Shown here: positions 24,233 to 38,952 of the stretch, piece after piece
How the letters are laid out: every line of letters begins with the position of its first letter
Position numbering within the stretch: the stretch's first letter is position 1
DNA from: Marsupella aquatica
Lineage: Eukaryota; Plantae; Marchantiophyta
Assembly (NCBI GenBank): GCA_973895155.1
Contig: OZ316893.1
Span: forward strand, 21,560,955 to 21,624,954
Reading direction: 5' to 3'
DNA: 64,000 nt
Notes under the pieces: generated by a model
Databases searched by the model: none
The model's input: only the letters and a program-made list of their open reading frames with translations
Told to the model about the DNA's origin: nothing
Made by a program: the position numbers and the translations under genes

Positions 24233-27200
24233 ATGCCTTCCGAGGTCTCTGCTCGGAGTGCATCTGACCGGCATGGAGACGATGCTGAACAGCCCAAGAG
24301 GCCTGCAAAGCGCAAAAAACGTGTTCAAGCCAGCGTAAGTTCTCTCAGATAATGTGAGCGGGCGATAGGAAACAAATCCCAGTCTCGCATTCGGATTAAG
24401 GCGAAGAGTCCTTTGTACCCGATATTGATTACACCTGCTGATGGCTACTTTCAACGAACCTTAGTTTATTAAGGACAGCGAGTGTACATCTCACCGAGCT
24501 GGTTGGTGCTTCAGATCATCATCCAGAGCCAAGACGATGGAGGAGATGAGGTTGTGTGGAAAGTATCACCTACAGCTGAACGTCTGCAGTCAACAGCCAA
24601 TGGAGGTCCTCAGTCCCGAGCAATGAGCGAAGGGAGATCAGTTCTACAACCCTGCCAAGCTGCGAACAACAAATGTGAACCCGTCCTGGAAATATTGTCT
24701 AAGACATCGACGTGTTCTAATTCGATTTCCTCGAAGAAGAAGGTTCGTTTCTTTGGGAAGTCTTCTTTCGCACTTTATTTTCTGAAATTTTGTCTCTATT
24801 TTTTCCCATACACAGCTCCAGGTCTCAAAGTTGTATGGCTGGAAAAGGTACTCAAAGGCTGAAGTCCTTTCAATATTTCTCTCGAATTCCAAGCAACCTT
24901 TTCAGGATAATGCATCTGCTCTCGCTCTATTTGCTCGAGCAAAACTTTCTATTTCACTTGTTGAACCAAATGGAAGTTTCAAGTCCTGATCTTCAGATTG
25001 TCTGTTTTGACAGAAATCTCCAGGCATGGCAGGAAAGCTTGAGATGTGGCTTTCATCTTCGCAGCAGGTTCTCGACTCAAAGCCAAGAGTAGATGACTTA
25101 CAAGACGCAGATAAAGAAAACGGTCCTCATGGACAGGCTCTGAATAATTCAGAATCGAAAAAAGGGTTGACCCCTACGAATTCGATAACTCGTGCTGGCA
25201 GTTCTAAACGACCTCCTTCCTCTTCTCAAAGGCGATCTTCGGTACATATATTAGATTTCGAAAACCCTGCTAATTTGCTGGCTATAAGACTTGTTGTCTA
25301 GACCAGGAAGTTCAATGCCTCTGTTTTTATCACTCAAAGTACCGAATTTCCGGAAGCAAAGGTAGTTGTGGGATTATATGTTCTGCAATATAATTTCCGT
25401 CCTTTTGCCTTCAACCAGAGCGCCAAAAAGAAATCGTTAACCGGCGTCCTGAAGAGTGCAACGAACCCTCCAGGACAACGGCGGAAGGTAACAGCTTGAA
25501 ATAGAAACTAATTTCTCCGCAATGCTGTGAGAGGGGAACATAATGCAATCTGTTTTAAATTCAGTAGAAACGATTTAGTGTTGTGATCAAGACCGACGAT
25601 CAATATTTCATCTCTAATTCATTAGTAAGGAGAAGGATGGCTTCCATTGCAACAAGCTACCTCATATCGTTTTGACCATGTTTATTACAGCTTCATGTAG
25701 TGCCTTACTGTTGTACTCAAATGGCAGGCATTGCTGGATCTCCTGGATAAAGTGGATGATGCAGTGAAAGGCTCAATGCTCGTCCAGACCAAACTCTCGT
25801 TTACGCGAAAAGGGACATCAACAAATGAGGACAGCGATGGCCGTGGTTCTCAACCAAAGGCAATAGGGAAGGAGGAGAAAGTTTATTGTGAGACTGGTCT
25901 CATTCCATGTGAGACTGTTCTCATTCCACCTCCTCAACGGGTGACTGTTCATGCTAGCGATGAAGACGGCCTTGTTCCGAGTATTGAACAGGCTCCACAG
26001 CAGAATGCCCTCAAAGAACTTGGGGATTATAATATTAAAGCTCTTTCAGAAGTAAAAATTCTTGACATCAGGAGTCAGGGCAATGCTGAAGTGCAGCCAA
26101 GTCCTTTACCAAGGGATTTGAAAGGTCTAGACAATGTCCGCAATGGTGTTATAACCCCACATAGGATTAGTTGTGAAGAAGGATCAGGCGTGTCGAAGAA
26201 TCTCGCGAGTATACAGTTCCTTGTTTTGGAGGTGGGTCATTTCAACCACTGTTAAAACGGTTTACTATGAAGTTATGTTACTATAAACCAGATCTTGCAT
26301 TCTTCTAATTCAGCAGCCGACCCTTGGTGTTCTAAAAAGCTGTTGTTAACGTGAAATTCGAGACTGGTTTTCATTGCTTTCCTCCGCAGGATGTACCAAC
26401 TGAGTTCACAATCAGGTGAAATTTATTTCCATGTGTAGGTTGCTGAAGGGGAGCAGAAGGAGCCCTCACGTCTGTCGTTCCCTCAGAAGGTGACACCTTA
26501 GCTGTCTCCTCTCTCCACGTCCACAATACTCGTTGTAATTGAACGCTCTTGGTGTACCTATTTTGAAGTCCAGGCTGATTACGAGTGACAGAGCCGTGGC
26601 TTTTTGGTGTGTAGACATTGACTTTACTCGACGAGCAAAATGCAATTAAACGAGTTGCACACCTTCGGGATACATGGTGATGATGCCTGCCATCTTACAG
26701 TGAATGCTATACTGATTCGCTTAGAAGAAGTAAAGAGTGCCAACTATGCTGTCTGTTTTCTTGTGGGCGAACTTCGATCCGCATCTGAAGTTGGACAGCA
26801 GATTTCTAGCTCGTTTCCTGAAAGATTTGGGCTATGTGGACTTTTCAAATCCAATAATTCGTTTCAGTACCTTTCATATCCAGGTTCCATGCTGTAGTCA
26901 AGCCAGGAGACATTGTCAACGTGATTGGGGACTTTGACTCAGATGGTAATTGCGTGATAGATCGCGAGCATAATCTCATGGTCATCAACCCTGACCTTCT
27001 GGTTTCTGGTTCAAAGGTTCGTGATATTCCAATTTCATTAGCTCATTGTATCAACTACTGTGTTAGTGGTCTCGGTAATTGAAGATGTTAATGCCCTTAC
27101 ATTACACGTTGCCGTGTTAAAAAAGAATTGCACTATACAACTTGCATCCGCGTTCATGAGAACCACATAACTATTATATATTAGGCTTCTCCCGTGTTTT

Positions 27201-30200
27201 TGCCTTCAATATCGAATTTCAAGTTTCAGATGCCAGAGTCTGGTATGTAATGGAATCTGGAGCCTCTGAAATGTTCCTTAAACTGAGTTTGGAGCCTTTG
27301 GAACGACCGCTGAAAGTGAGTCAAGAGTTCTGAATAACTAATGACACAGGTGGGTTCAAGTTTCTATTGCGCACGAAGGGCAGTGTTTGAGGAACACATA
27401 AAATCCAATGATATATCGTATGCTGCACTTATGGGTACTATGTTGCATCAACTTTTTCAGGTAAAATCTCTTTTATGGTTTTGAAAGGACTCAAATTTGA
27501 ACTCCACCATATCTTTTTGACTTCCACCCAAATTGTACTTTGCGTCTGCATCTTGAGCAGCATCCGTCAGCATGTTGAAAGTTAGATGGAATTCCAGGCT
27601 GAACATACGTGTCAATTGTTGTCGATATATTCTCCCCGTCAGTATAGTCCTTTCAAGTGACTTTGCCCTTGTCTCCGTGGGGTTCAGGTTGCTCTGCGCT
27701 CTGAATGCCCAACCTTCAAAATATTGCATGATGAAGTGAAGATGATAATCCAAAGCCACCTAGATGGACTGTATGCAACTGGAGGTAAGTCCTCAGATGT
27801 AAGACCGTTAGGCGTTGGTGAGGAGCCTGTCTACTCAGTTTTAAATGGTCGCATTACTAATGGAGCTGGTGAGATTTGGAAACTTTGACTTAAGTGGTGG
27901 CCGACTAAGATTTGAAGACCGTGCGATGCAGTTTTGGATGGGGAAGCTTCTGCGAAGCTAGTTGCTGCAATCCCACCAATTCTCATTTGGTGGAAGCAGT
28001 TCGTCGGAGTCAAAGTATGTGCCTAACCTCTACTCTCAGGCAATTTTAGAATTTACTGTAGTGAGACAGTAATGTACTCTATCAGTTTCTCACCTTCAAA
28101 AAAAGATCTTGATACATTTGTAACTCTGTAAGCCTCCATTGCAGGACTCTGCTGCTCAAGAGGTTGAATTTGGACACACCCACGGGACACAAGTCTCTGT
28201 AAATGAGGTAATGCCCATTCATTATGTAAGTGCTTTCTCTCTGTAAGAGTTTTCTCTCTCATGTTTTTGTACCTTCGTCCGACATTTAGTCAAGTAGCAG
28301 TACTGAGAAAAAGTTGTGCTGTAGGTTGTGGATATTGAGGAGATGGTTTGGTCTCCAAAATATGGCCTGAAGGGTATGATTGATGCGTCCATATTTGTGA
28401 AGATGGGAAACATGACCCTTGGTGGAGAGGGCCAGATTATGCCGTTCGAACTGAAGACTGGGAAAGCAACAACCGGACAGGTACAGTCCCTCCCTGGTTT
28501 CTCTTAAACCACAAGCTATGTTTTGCTTTTAGCTATGGACTTTGTAACAATGATGCTTATAAATAGAGCAGAAACCATTCAAAATTTTAGAAGGTGGCTA
28601 AACCTGGTCTGGTCACCAAGGTGCGATGAAAGATATTTTCTCGATCTTAAGAAGATTAAAGTATATTTCTCTGCATCACAGTAAATACTGGTGGGATGCA
28701 GGCATCAACAGAACACCGTGCACAAGTGATCCTCTACACTCTTTTGATGTCTGACAGGTTCGCTCTTAGCCATCTTGCCCTCGACATGGATTACTCTTCT
28801 TTTATGCATTCATTGAGTACCAAGAACCGAACCACCTCTTCAGAATGGACAGCATGTTTGAAAGCTGTATTAATTCGTTTGTAGCAGTCTAAGGAACCAC
28901 AAGCCGAATGGCTTTGTCTGACATTAATTCTTGGATTAATACAGATATATGCAATCAGTTAAACGGGGCCTTCTGTACTACCTTCACACAAATCAAACGC
29001 AGGTATGCTGTTGTGATAAACCCTCGTCTTTCTTGCATCAAGTGGTTAGTTTCTCCTTGTCCTGGACGTCAAACAATGGGAAAGTGAACGTCAATTGGAA
29101 ATGTGAGGAGGCATTGAATTTGAGCCAAAGGCACTTTGATCTGTCGTTTATTATGTGCTCAAGAGGGTAGTGGCTTACAATGCCTATATGTGCTGTAGAT
29201 TTCAGCAGAAGTACTCGAACCGATGTACGCCACTAGTGATGAAATACTTGGCCACAACTCACTTAAAATGACACGTAAACTCTTTGCAGGGGGTCGAGGC
29301 CCATCAGCCAGAACTGGCGGGACTCATGATGCAACGGAATGAGCATGCACACAATTTGCTGAAGGCCACGTTCGATCAACGCCTCCCACCCATGTTGCAG
29401 GTAAATTATTAGAAATAGAACAGTTCTAGACGTGAGGGGAACAGCGAGCCTTTGCCAAGAAAAAAGGACCCTGATCTTGAAATAACTTCCTGCACAACAT
29501 GTCTAATCGTGTTGGAGGTAACCTTTTAGGGGGTCTAGGTCCTTTCATCTGGGAATTTCATGTAGTATGATTTAAGATAGATTTTTTTTCGCGAATAGAT
29601 CATGCACAATCAGATTATACAATATATGTTGACTCGTGATGCCATTCCTTAGATATCATGAAATAGCAAGAGTGCCGCAATGACTGAGCACTCTGGGATA
29701 CTCTTTACCGTGCAGAACTCGCACAAGTGCCAAAGCTGTCAGCAGCTAGATACTTGTACTATTTACCACAAGGTGAAAGAAAAGCTATTTTTTTGCTTTG
29801 TTGGTTCCATTTCTCTATTTAGGATTCTATTTTGTTCTCTGTGCGGCCTCTTGCAAGATCGCAAGCACATCAAATATTTGTGAGATTGTAAGTTCGGACA
29901 GAAAATTCTGTATGGCTGATGGGATTGCATATCAGGCACAAGAGAGAGGAACAGCAGAAAGCAGTGGACTCGGAGAACTGTTTGACAGAAGCACAAACCA
30001 CTTGAGCAAGGCCCATCTCCAGTTCTTTCAGCTGTGGGATCGATTGATTAATCTTGAAGCCCGAAAGGGATTTGTGAGTCTGCTGCTCCATTTCTCTTTC
30101 CGAGTTTGACAATCTCGTTTTAAGCTTTTGAACTCTGGTGCAGTGCCTGTAATATAGCAACTTCATAAATTTGATGGTTTTGTATCTCATACTCATAGGA

Positions 30201-33200
30201 GTTGTGTCATTCCGTTACACAATTTACTTAATTTATTTTCTTGGAAACTCAAATAATTTTGGTTTTTTTGGTACAAATTAGGTGTCTTTGTTGCAAAGCT
30301 TTAAATTTGATAGTCAGCTGTCATTTGGGTCATCGTCCTGATATTCTTGGAGCTTAGACACTGAAATGTCCTTGGGTGCACAGGGGTCACATAGTGAGAT
30401 CTGGAGAATGCCAAGTGGAAAGCGAGAAGAGCAAGGCCGTTGCATCTCCTCCCTGGTCCTGGACACTTCAGCCGAGAATGACTCAGAACAAAAAAGCTCA
30501 AAAAACTCATTTACATACCTTTTTCGAAGGGCTAATTCATTCGGGGATACATCATCTCATGTCACTCAATCCTCGCAAACCAGTTTACAAGCTAGATCCT
30601 TCTCTTGTGGTGATTATGTGGTATGTTGCCAAACTTCTGATAATGTGTTTTGACCGTCCGTTCCCTTAAGTTAGGCCTAGCAACAAATTGAACTCAATCT
30701 GCTTGCATGTTTCTCACTCGGCTCGTTTGCCTCTCGGGAATCTACGAACTTTATGCACATTTTAATGTACTTTCTACCAGATTTTCTTCTCTGCATTGAT
30801 TATAGTCTCCTCAATAATCTTCAGCACGCGCCTCCTGTTCTTGGTGATGGTTCCCCAGATACTCAGTACAGAAAGCGGGCATTCAGGAGTGGCTGGAGGG
30901 ACTATAGTAACTGTCAACAAAGACTCCATTCTGGTAAATACAATCTGTACTGCGTCATGTCACTTGAATTAGGAATCAAATAAGACCCTTGCAGGGCATG
31001 AACTAAAGAGGGGAGCATCTTTTTGTTTACAATAGTTCAGCTCCTGTCTGAATAGAGCTGCAGAGCAGATTTCGATACATAAAGCTGCGTCTTGAAAATT
31101 CATCATCTTCATTAGAGGCCCACTCTATCCCAGCATTCCCAACCGATGAGTCATATCTCCTTCGGAGTGTCGGTACGCTCATGGTACATGCAAATGCATG
31201 GATAGTGATCCATATTTGTGGCCAATGTTTGCCAGCTTCGTCTTGCACACCGTCTTCGTATTCCAGGGAACCTCCAAACGGTCGGTACGCTGACATCGTC
31301 AAATGAATTGTGGCGGATTGATAAGGATGAAAAGGCATCACACCTTGCTATAATGAGGTGCCCAACTCATTATTATGTTTGCTTACGATTATCTTGTTTC
31401 CATAGGTTATATGTGTTAACTTGTATGTATCCTGTGAACGATGTGGTTCGAACTAACTGACATGTTTCAGTGGCCCTCGTGCTATTTTGAGGGAGATAAA
31501 AAACATTCAGTTGTGCTCTGCATTTGAAAGTCTTACAATATAGTACAGATCCATGATGCGAGCAAGTTTGACAGCTCTCAGACTACTGTATAATTAAATG
31601 CTAAGTCTAACGCAATTTGGTCATTCAGGTTCAATCTCTTGCAGCTATTTGTGAAAACCAATGGGGATGCCCAGCGTCGGAGTCTTATCGTGGATCTTCA
31701 GGTACAGTACTTGGTCATACCTAGTTTAAAGGTTAGCTCAAAAAACTAATCAGATTGTGGGAACATTGCAGACGAGGAGGGTGTTCCATGGATAGGGTGC
31801 CTCTTGTCAGTAAATGTCTGGTTCGAGGTTGCATTACGTGTACCATGACATGAAGAAGAAATACACGAAGTGCGAGTTTAATCTGCTTATTTTTAGCTAT
31901 TATTTTTAGCAATGTACCTAATGTTGAATCCAATCCATCACGTGGTTCTAAATATTTGTGTGATGAGTTTGCAGGCCCCAAAGTTTGAAAATGCCCTTCC
32001 AGATTCAGATCCTGCAGCAATTTATTTGAAATCTATTAGCAGTCTTAATGATGATCAAATGCGCGCAATACAACAAGTAAGGGCCTGCAAATATGGATGA
32101 AGAATACCTTGATTTTTGGATCAGAGAGTCCTGGGTCCTCTACTTCCCCGTAGTATCATTACAGCTGAAAGTCCTATGAAGTGTGTAAGGCTACTTGACA
32201 TATACTTACTGTGGAAGGGCACTTCTAGCTCAAGTCATCAATTCAAGACGAGTGTGATTAGGAAGCTCTTGATATTTCATTTTTTGCGTTAGTCATAGAC
32301 CGTGTGTCTGATGGTGGAGTGCCAGATCGTTGTGGCCAGGGACTACGCATTGCTCCTAGGAATGCCGGGAACGGGTAAAACATCAACTGTCGTACATGCA
32401 GTAATAGCGCTCTTGGCTAGAAAAGCAAAAGTGCTGCTGACATCTTACACAAATTCTGCCGTTGATAATATCCTCTTGAGACTGAAGAAACTGGTAGGTT
32501 CACAGCAAGCAAGTAACATATTTTGGATTCGCAATATCGCCACAATCGGCACATTGAACTTCTTATTATTGGGTACTATTCACACAAATCTGCAGTTCCC
32601 TAGCGAGCTCTAGTGTTGACGGGAAATGCACATATTCTACAGCGTTTCCATTGATTTCATTCGTAATTCCTAGCCCTTTTAGGCATTATGCATCTCATTT
32701 TTTGGGGATTATCAATTCATTTCTTGTGCTTTTTCTTCAGGGAGTGGACTTCGTTCGAGTTGGCAGACCAGAAGCTATCCATTCCGAGCTAAGGGATAAA
32801 GCCATAGGAGGTTAGTTTCACGAGTATAAATTATAACTCTCAGTTTCACAATGGGTGACATGGTCTATAGCTGGATCTGCAACTGAGATCGTGGGTATCT
32901 GAGGCGTTGTATACTATGATGTGCAACGTTTACACTAACCAGAGTTAATTTTAACTGGCTTATAACCATTTCTAAGATATTCGTTGGGCAGGCAACCAAG
33001 TCCATTTTTTGTCTTGGGCCGTTTTATTGTTATCCACATGTGAAGTGAAACTTGACTGTTAATCATTGAAACCGTCTAAACATTGACCCGGTGAAGAAAA
33101 TCGGAGAATACTGGCAGGTACTACAGCTGTTTTGAATTGTTTGGACTGCAGATATGGAAGTGAAATCTGTCGAAGAATTTAAAGCAGTCATGGAGAACGC

Positions 33201-36200
33201 GCAAGTTGTGGGCGTCACATGTTTGGGAATCAATCATCCCCTGTTTGCTAGACACAAGTTTGACGTTTGCATTGTTGACGAAGCAGGGCAAATTACTCTA
33301 CCAGTAAGCATCCTTCTCCTGTGTCACAGGATGTCGATTCCTTGCGTATCATACCTACATCCTACATATATGCTCTTAGACCCATAGTGGTTTTCATACA
33401 TAAGAGTATAAGATACTTCTTTTCTAAACTAGAAAATGGGTTGATCCATGTGCTGAGTGTTGGTAAGTTAAATCCTGCAAGTAAAGTACTCCTCGCACCT
33501 GCAAGCTGTTAACGGAAAACTCATTGTACCTTCGGTTCGCTTCTGCTATCAAACGACTCAGGATTGCTGTGCATGCTTGAGTACTGCCACTAAGTTCACC
33601 TCTTTACTAGAGAACTGTTCTGCATAGATTTCTTGACACGTGGATCATGGGACTATGCAGGTTTGCCTTGGACCTCTCAGATATGCACGCTCTTTTGTTC
33701 TTGTTGGGGACCACTATCAACTTCCTCCATTAGTGCGGGTGAGGCATGACTGATAAACTTAATTTAATATGCTGGCAGAATTATGCTGCTATTTCGTTCT
33801 CGTTTTATTTTTCAAATCATCAAAATTGCTATTTCGTTCTCTTTGTCTTATACTCATATATGTAGGATGTAAATATGAAGTATTCCCTTGCTTCGTCAAG
33901 ACAATAAGATCAGATAAATTACTTCTACAACTCAGAGATGAGGAAAATCTTGGAATCTGAGTGTCTTCATATTATCTTGCAGTCATCAGAAGCCAAAGAT
34001 GAGGGCATGGCAATCAGTCTCTTCCGCAGATTGTCAGAAAAACATCCTCAAAGCGTTTCTGTTCTTCAATCTCAGGTTGATTTTCGTTCTCCTAAATTCG
34101 TGATTGTGCTGATGGATAGATATGTTCAGTCTAACTGTAGGTAAAATTTGTCGCATATTATTCCTTTGATGAATACGCAGTAAATTCGAGTCACTACACT
34201 AACGCAAGCTCCGGGTTCAGTATCGAATGTGTTCAGGCATTATGGCACTTAGTAATTCTTTGATCTACAACAACCGCCTACTCTGTGGGTCTCCTCAAGT
34301 CGCTACTGGTTCCCTACAAGTGCGTCAATCGTCAAGAGATCTTCCACATTGGCTGTCGCAGGTACTTAGCAACAAATGAATGAGATTTATTTGCTTGACG
34401 GTTGTACTTGCGTCGGAAAGCGCTCATTTCACTATTTCGATACTTAGTTATAAGCTCTTGAGATGGAAGTCCCCACTGAGATTGTCCAAAGCTTCCTGAG
34501 AAAGGAATGCCAAATTCCTCACTTGGTTGAGAGTTGTGTTCAGCTTTAGCGTTTTAGTGGTGAGTATTCAAATGACCTTGCTCCGGCCAGGAAACTGCAG
34601 AAACTTCTCGAGGCTTAACTTAAACCTTTCGTGACTTTTGTTCAGGTTGTGGATCCTCTGCAGCCTTTGCTTTTCTTGGATACAGGTACGCTGAGAGACA
34701 TATATTGACTCGATCTCAACATCCAGCTGCTCATTCTCGTTGAGAAAAAGTTGTTTACGAGATTTTGCGTTTCTACAGAAACTGACAAGTTTTTGACCGT
34801 CGGGCCTCCAGATAACTTACCAGCAGAAGAGTTGCGAATCCAAAACAACGTCACAAATCCCACTGAAGGAAAAATTATACTCAGAGTATGTCCCACAACA
34901 ACGAGTCTTCGAAAAGATTGTCTGCGTTACCTTCAAGCTCCCTTGCATAACTACTCTGATTTTATGAGGTGAATTCTATATGTACGTCTACCAACCAATG
35001 GTCAACTGAGATGGTTGCATTGTTTCTTCAACAGATCGTCAAAGCTCTATATGAAGGAGGCGTTGAGTTTGAAAGAATTGGAGTAATTAGCCCTTACAAT
35101 GCTCAGGTCGACCTTATTCAGCGATTGGCTACAAAGGAGGGCTTCTCGGATCTTGAAGTACACACGGTGGATAAATATCAGGTGCAAGTCACTGACTTAC
35201 TGTTAGTGCATGAACAGGATGGTGAACCCTTAAGTAGACAATTCTCAGGCTTGATGTAAATAGTCCTGTGAGAACTGGGAGGGGAATTAACAGTAGAGAT
35301 TTCAAAAACGTGCTAGAGTCATATTGAACAAGCCTGCCTGAACATACGGATTATCTTCTTCTTTATGGAATGACATTCCAGGATAATTTTTCTGGTAGTT
35401 TCCAAGCAAAGACTTTGTTCTTGTTTAGTTTCTTGAAATACTTTAATTTCGCAAGGGAAAAACTTGCTTTTGGGTCTTAGTGTCTGATCAACGTGCTAGG
35501 AGAACGGGATATTTTTGCACTGACTGAATACTGGATCAGAGGGAAATAGTACACGTATGATTGAAGAAATGAAGTCAACTGAGTCTTTAATGACCTCTGA
35601 AAAAAAATCACTATCCGTGACACTTGCAGGGTAGAGAGAAGGACTGTGTTCTCATCTCGTTTGTCAGATCGAATAGTCAACATCGAATCTCATTGTCTTT
35701 ACTTGCGGATTGGCGTCGGATCAATGTTGCAATAACCCGCGCTAAGGTACACACGAAAGTTGTTAATTTATCTGCAACAAGGGTGAAAATCAGATCATGT
35801 ATGTACTTGTCACTGCTCGCCCTTGAAAGATCATATACAATAAGGGCATGCGGTGAACAGATCAGTCCGTGTACCAGGTTGCTAAAATCTATTCATGATA
35901 AATTCGTCGTCCAGGACTGTTACACTGGACCTTTGTCAGCAATGGGACATGTATTTGCATTCAATGAGTCACACTAACATCTTTTAGCAGACTTCGAATG
36001 TTCTAACAGTTTTATAAATGGCCTGACGTGACATTCCTTGTATTGCACTTGCCCTGTGAATAGACAAAGCTTGTGATGGTCGGCTCTCACAAAACGTTAT
36101 CTTCCACACCAATTCTAAGACTTCTGATGGAGAAGGTCTGATTGACATTCCTGTCCTCTCATTTTTCTTGCTATTAGCTACTCCTTTGTTTTCAAATATC

Positions 36201-36325
36201 ATGAATATAAGATATTGCCATTACCTTAACGTGAGATTGCATCTTCAATGGCATTTGCTTTGCAGGTGGCTGAAGTGGGATCTTTGTTGCTATTACCTTC
36301 AAATGCCACCATCAACATAGCTTAG
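24233..36325 (+). CDS. DNA2: DNA replication ATP-dependent helicase/nuclease DNA2 (plant JHS1/EMB2411 homologue), ~30 short exons
   Basis: Spliced motifs [83 protein letters not shown] (Fe-S), [75 protein letters not shown]. The ATG at 24233 has an in-frame upstream TGA. The 5' exon structure is less certain. Confidence 0.93.
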
Positions 36326-36610
36326 TGATGCTGATACCTTCCGACCGAAGGGAATTTTTGTGAGGGCAACCTGTCAATGCTTATTGAAAGGGAAGGGACC
36401 TCTACACAAAAGCCTCACTTGTGCATCCTGAAGCTCGCTCCACATGTTCTGATAGTGTTCAATGGTGCCAAATGGAGAAACATGTCAGATGCTTGCCCTT
36501 GGAGGGAGTATATATATATATATTATAAAACAAAATCAGGGGGCAGGGTAGCCTCCAAGAAAAGGTGCATCTACAGCAGGCCATTATTAAGATTGAACTG
36601 TGGAAATGAA

Positions 36611-36697
36611 CTCTAGGGTTGAGTATACATTGTCATACATTGAGTATACATTGTCATACATTGAGTATACATTGTCATCTAGGGTTGAGTATACATA
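36611..36697. repeat. 21-bp tandem repeat (TTGAGTATACATTGTCATACA) x3, flanked by TCTAGGGTTGAGTATACAT
   Basis: Read directly. Confidence 0.85.
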
Positions 36698-37847
36698 TTT
36701 CAATAGCAACCATTGGATGAGCATTGGCTTGTGTTTGCTTATTTTAGATGGTAGCTTAGTGGTCATTTGGAATTACCCGCCATAAATCTCCAGGGTCTGT
36801 TTGCAAAAATTGGAAAAAGCGGGAACCAATCCTGGCCTTTCATCAAAAGGTTGTTTTTCCTTGCACCGTCAGATCTATCCATAAGCCCCCTTCATCTCAA
36901 TTCTCTCTGCCCGAGCTACTCCGAGCCTGCGGGCACCTGGAACATGAAAAAATTAATCAAAAGTTAATTTATTAATGAACTAACTTTTAATTAAATAACT
37001 AACTTCAAAATTTTTGAAAAAACTAAAGTATTTACTTTGAAACTAAAGTCCGACCTCTATTTTGTCTACGAAACCCAGATGGATGGGCTTGCTCATAACA
37101 GTTTAATTGATTCTAATAACATTTGTTTACACATTTGCCTGAAATGAACTTCAAATGGTTTCCTTATTGTTTGCAGCTGGTTGCAATTAAATTATCGAAT
37201 TGGTTTAGTCTGTAACTTGACTACTTGATGGCCTTGAACATGTACTTAGGATCACCACCAAGTCTTGATTACTTTTCAGGGTCTTGACTTTTTTTTCTTT
37301 CTTTTGATCTATCACCCACAATATAGAATTATTTTATTGATTATAGTGAAAACTAATATAATGTTTATTGAAGAATATCAAGGTTTTTTGCAATACAGTT
37401 TGAGAATTGTAAGAGTCGTACTGTTTATTAAAACCAAACATGTGAATATTCTAGGTGAAATGAACCAAACATGTGAATTTCTTTATGTGAAATGGTTTTC
37501 TTCGAAGTTAAAAGTGGGAAAGGTCGTTCCACACAAAGGAACGCAAACTGGGTCAGCTAAACAGTCCAAGTTGGCAGACAGAAAACACAAGATTGGGTGC
37601 AAGAAGGCGACATTTCCTGAAGAAAGAGAATCCGGGACGGTACCTGTGTACTTCGTGGGAGTGGATTCCATATATGGGATAGTTGCCCCCCCGCACCCAT
37701 TCCAGTTCGGGAACACAATTGTTTTGTTGTAATTTGATTACCACATGAGTCTCAATTCTTGCACGCAAACGAGTTTTTCATGGTCGAATTGGATTCTGCT
37801 GCAGGAATCCTATTTAGGGATTCCTGTGATTGAAGAAACTGGCATCC

Positions 37848-38570
37848 ATGGAAGAGGGTTCACATTCGATCGTGTCTCATTACGATGTCTTAGGCGCTCC
37901 AGCTCACGCTGAATATGCGGAGATTAGATCAAAGTACCGAGCAGCGATTCTCGCACTGCATCCAGACAAGCTTTCCTGGTCTAGGGGAGAATCATTGAAG
38001 GCGTTGAATTCGGCTGCGAATGACAGTCTAAGAGTTCTCTCTGGCGAAGAAGGCATCGTTCCGCTTAATAAACTGCAGGCCACGATCAGGGATTTAGATT
38101 TCGATGATTATCAATTCAATTGGTCTACAATCTCAAATGCTGGCAAGTTCGAACCTGGCGAAGGAGACGGGCTTCTTTCTCGATTTTTGATGGTTCAAAA
38201 AGCGTGGGAGGTTCTTAGGGATCCCGAATCTCGAGCTAAATATGATAGTTGTCTACGGGCCGAGAGATTAGCTTATGACATGAAGTCGACAACAATCATT
38301 GGGGATGAAATTCACTTGCGAGAGATGGACTATTGCAGTGTGGATGTGGGTCACGGACAGGAGGTGGAGTATTCATACCCTTGTCGATGTGGGGACTTGA
38401 TTGTTGTCTCGCAAGAGGAGCTGCAGATGGCAGGTCTCGATTTAAGCGAAGAGTCTCAGGAGGCACGTAGAGGGATTAGTGCAAGGTTAGAGCCTCATCG
38501 GCCAAGAAGTAATTCATTATTATTGCCTTGCCAGTCATGCTCGATGCACGTACGCGTGCTCTTTTCTTAG
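37848..38570 (+). CDS. DPH4: DPH4/DNAJC24 homologue (J-domain plus CSL zinc finger), intronless CDS
   Basis: HYDVLG...YRAAILALHPDK (HPD), FLMVQKAWEVLRDPESRAKYD, then YSYPCRCGD...LPCQSCSMHVRV. First ATG at 37848, after a probable 5'UTR intron ending ...CTGCAG at 37804. Confidence 0.9.
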   Translation: MEEGSHSIVSHYDVLGAPAHAEYAEIRSKYRAAILALHPDKLSWSRGESLKALNSAANDSLRVLSGEEGIVPLNKLQATIRDLDFDDYQFNWSTISNAGKFEPGEGDGLLSRFLMVQKAWEVLRDPESRAKYDSCLRAERLAYDMKSTTIIGDEIHLREMDYCSVDVGHGQEVEYSYPCRCGDLIVVSQEELQMAGLDLSEESQEARRGISARLEPHRPRSNSLLLPCQSCSMHVRVLFS

Positions 38571-38687
38571 ATGTAGCACATTTAAATCGGTGACGGATCA
38601 GGGTCATACACATTTTTTGTCAAGTAACTCTCCAGGCGCGATGGGGCCCTGGGGTGGCAGTCACTCCTCATATGATGTAACTTAGCA

Positions 38688-38952
38688 GGTTACAGGCTTT
38701 TGAAGGAGAGCAACAATCGGTTTGCTAGGGAAATAGCGGAATTGCAGGACATGGCACGGCGTGATGTCCACAGGGGAACGAGAATTTGTCAAGTGCATGT
38801 GTGAAAAAATGTCTGTTGTCTTCTTGCCTTGTGCGCATCAGGTGTTGTGTGTGAAATGCAACAACCTCCATGAGAAACAAGGCATGACAAATTGCCCTTC
38901 CTGCAGGACACCTTTTAAGCAGCGCATTCGAGTTTATGGAGTCAGCACATAG
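38688..38952 (+). pseudogene. Fragment of an RF298/RF4 (MND1-interacting protein)-like RING E3 ligase C-terminus, frameshifted
   Basis: LLKESNNRFAREIAELQDMARRDVHR, a frameshift at AGGGGAACG (~38772), then EREFVKCMCEKMSVVFLPCAHQVLCVKCNNLHEKQGMTNCPSCRTP. The first RING Cys is replaced by F, and there is no room for the rest of the gene after DPH4. Confidence 0.8.
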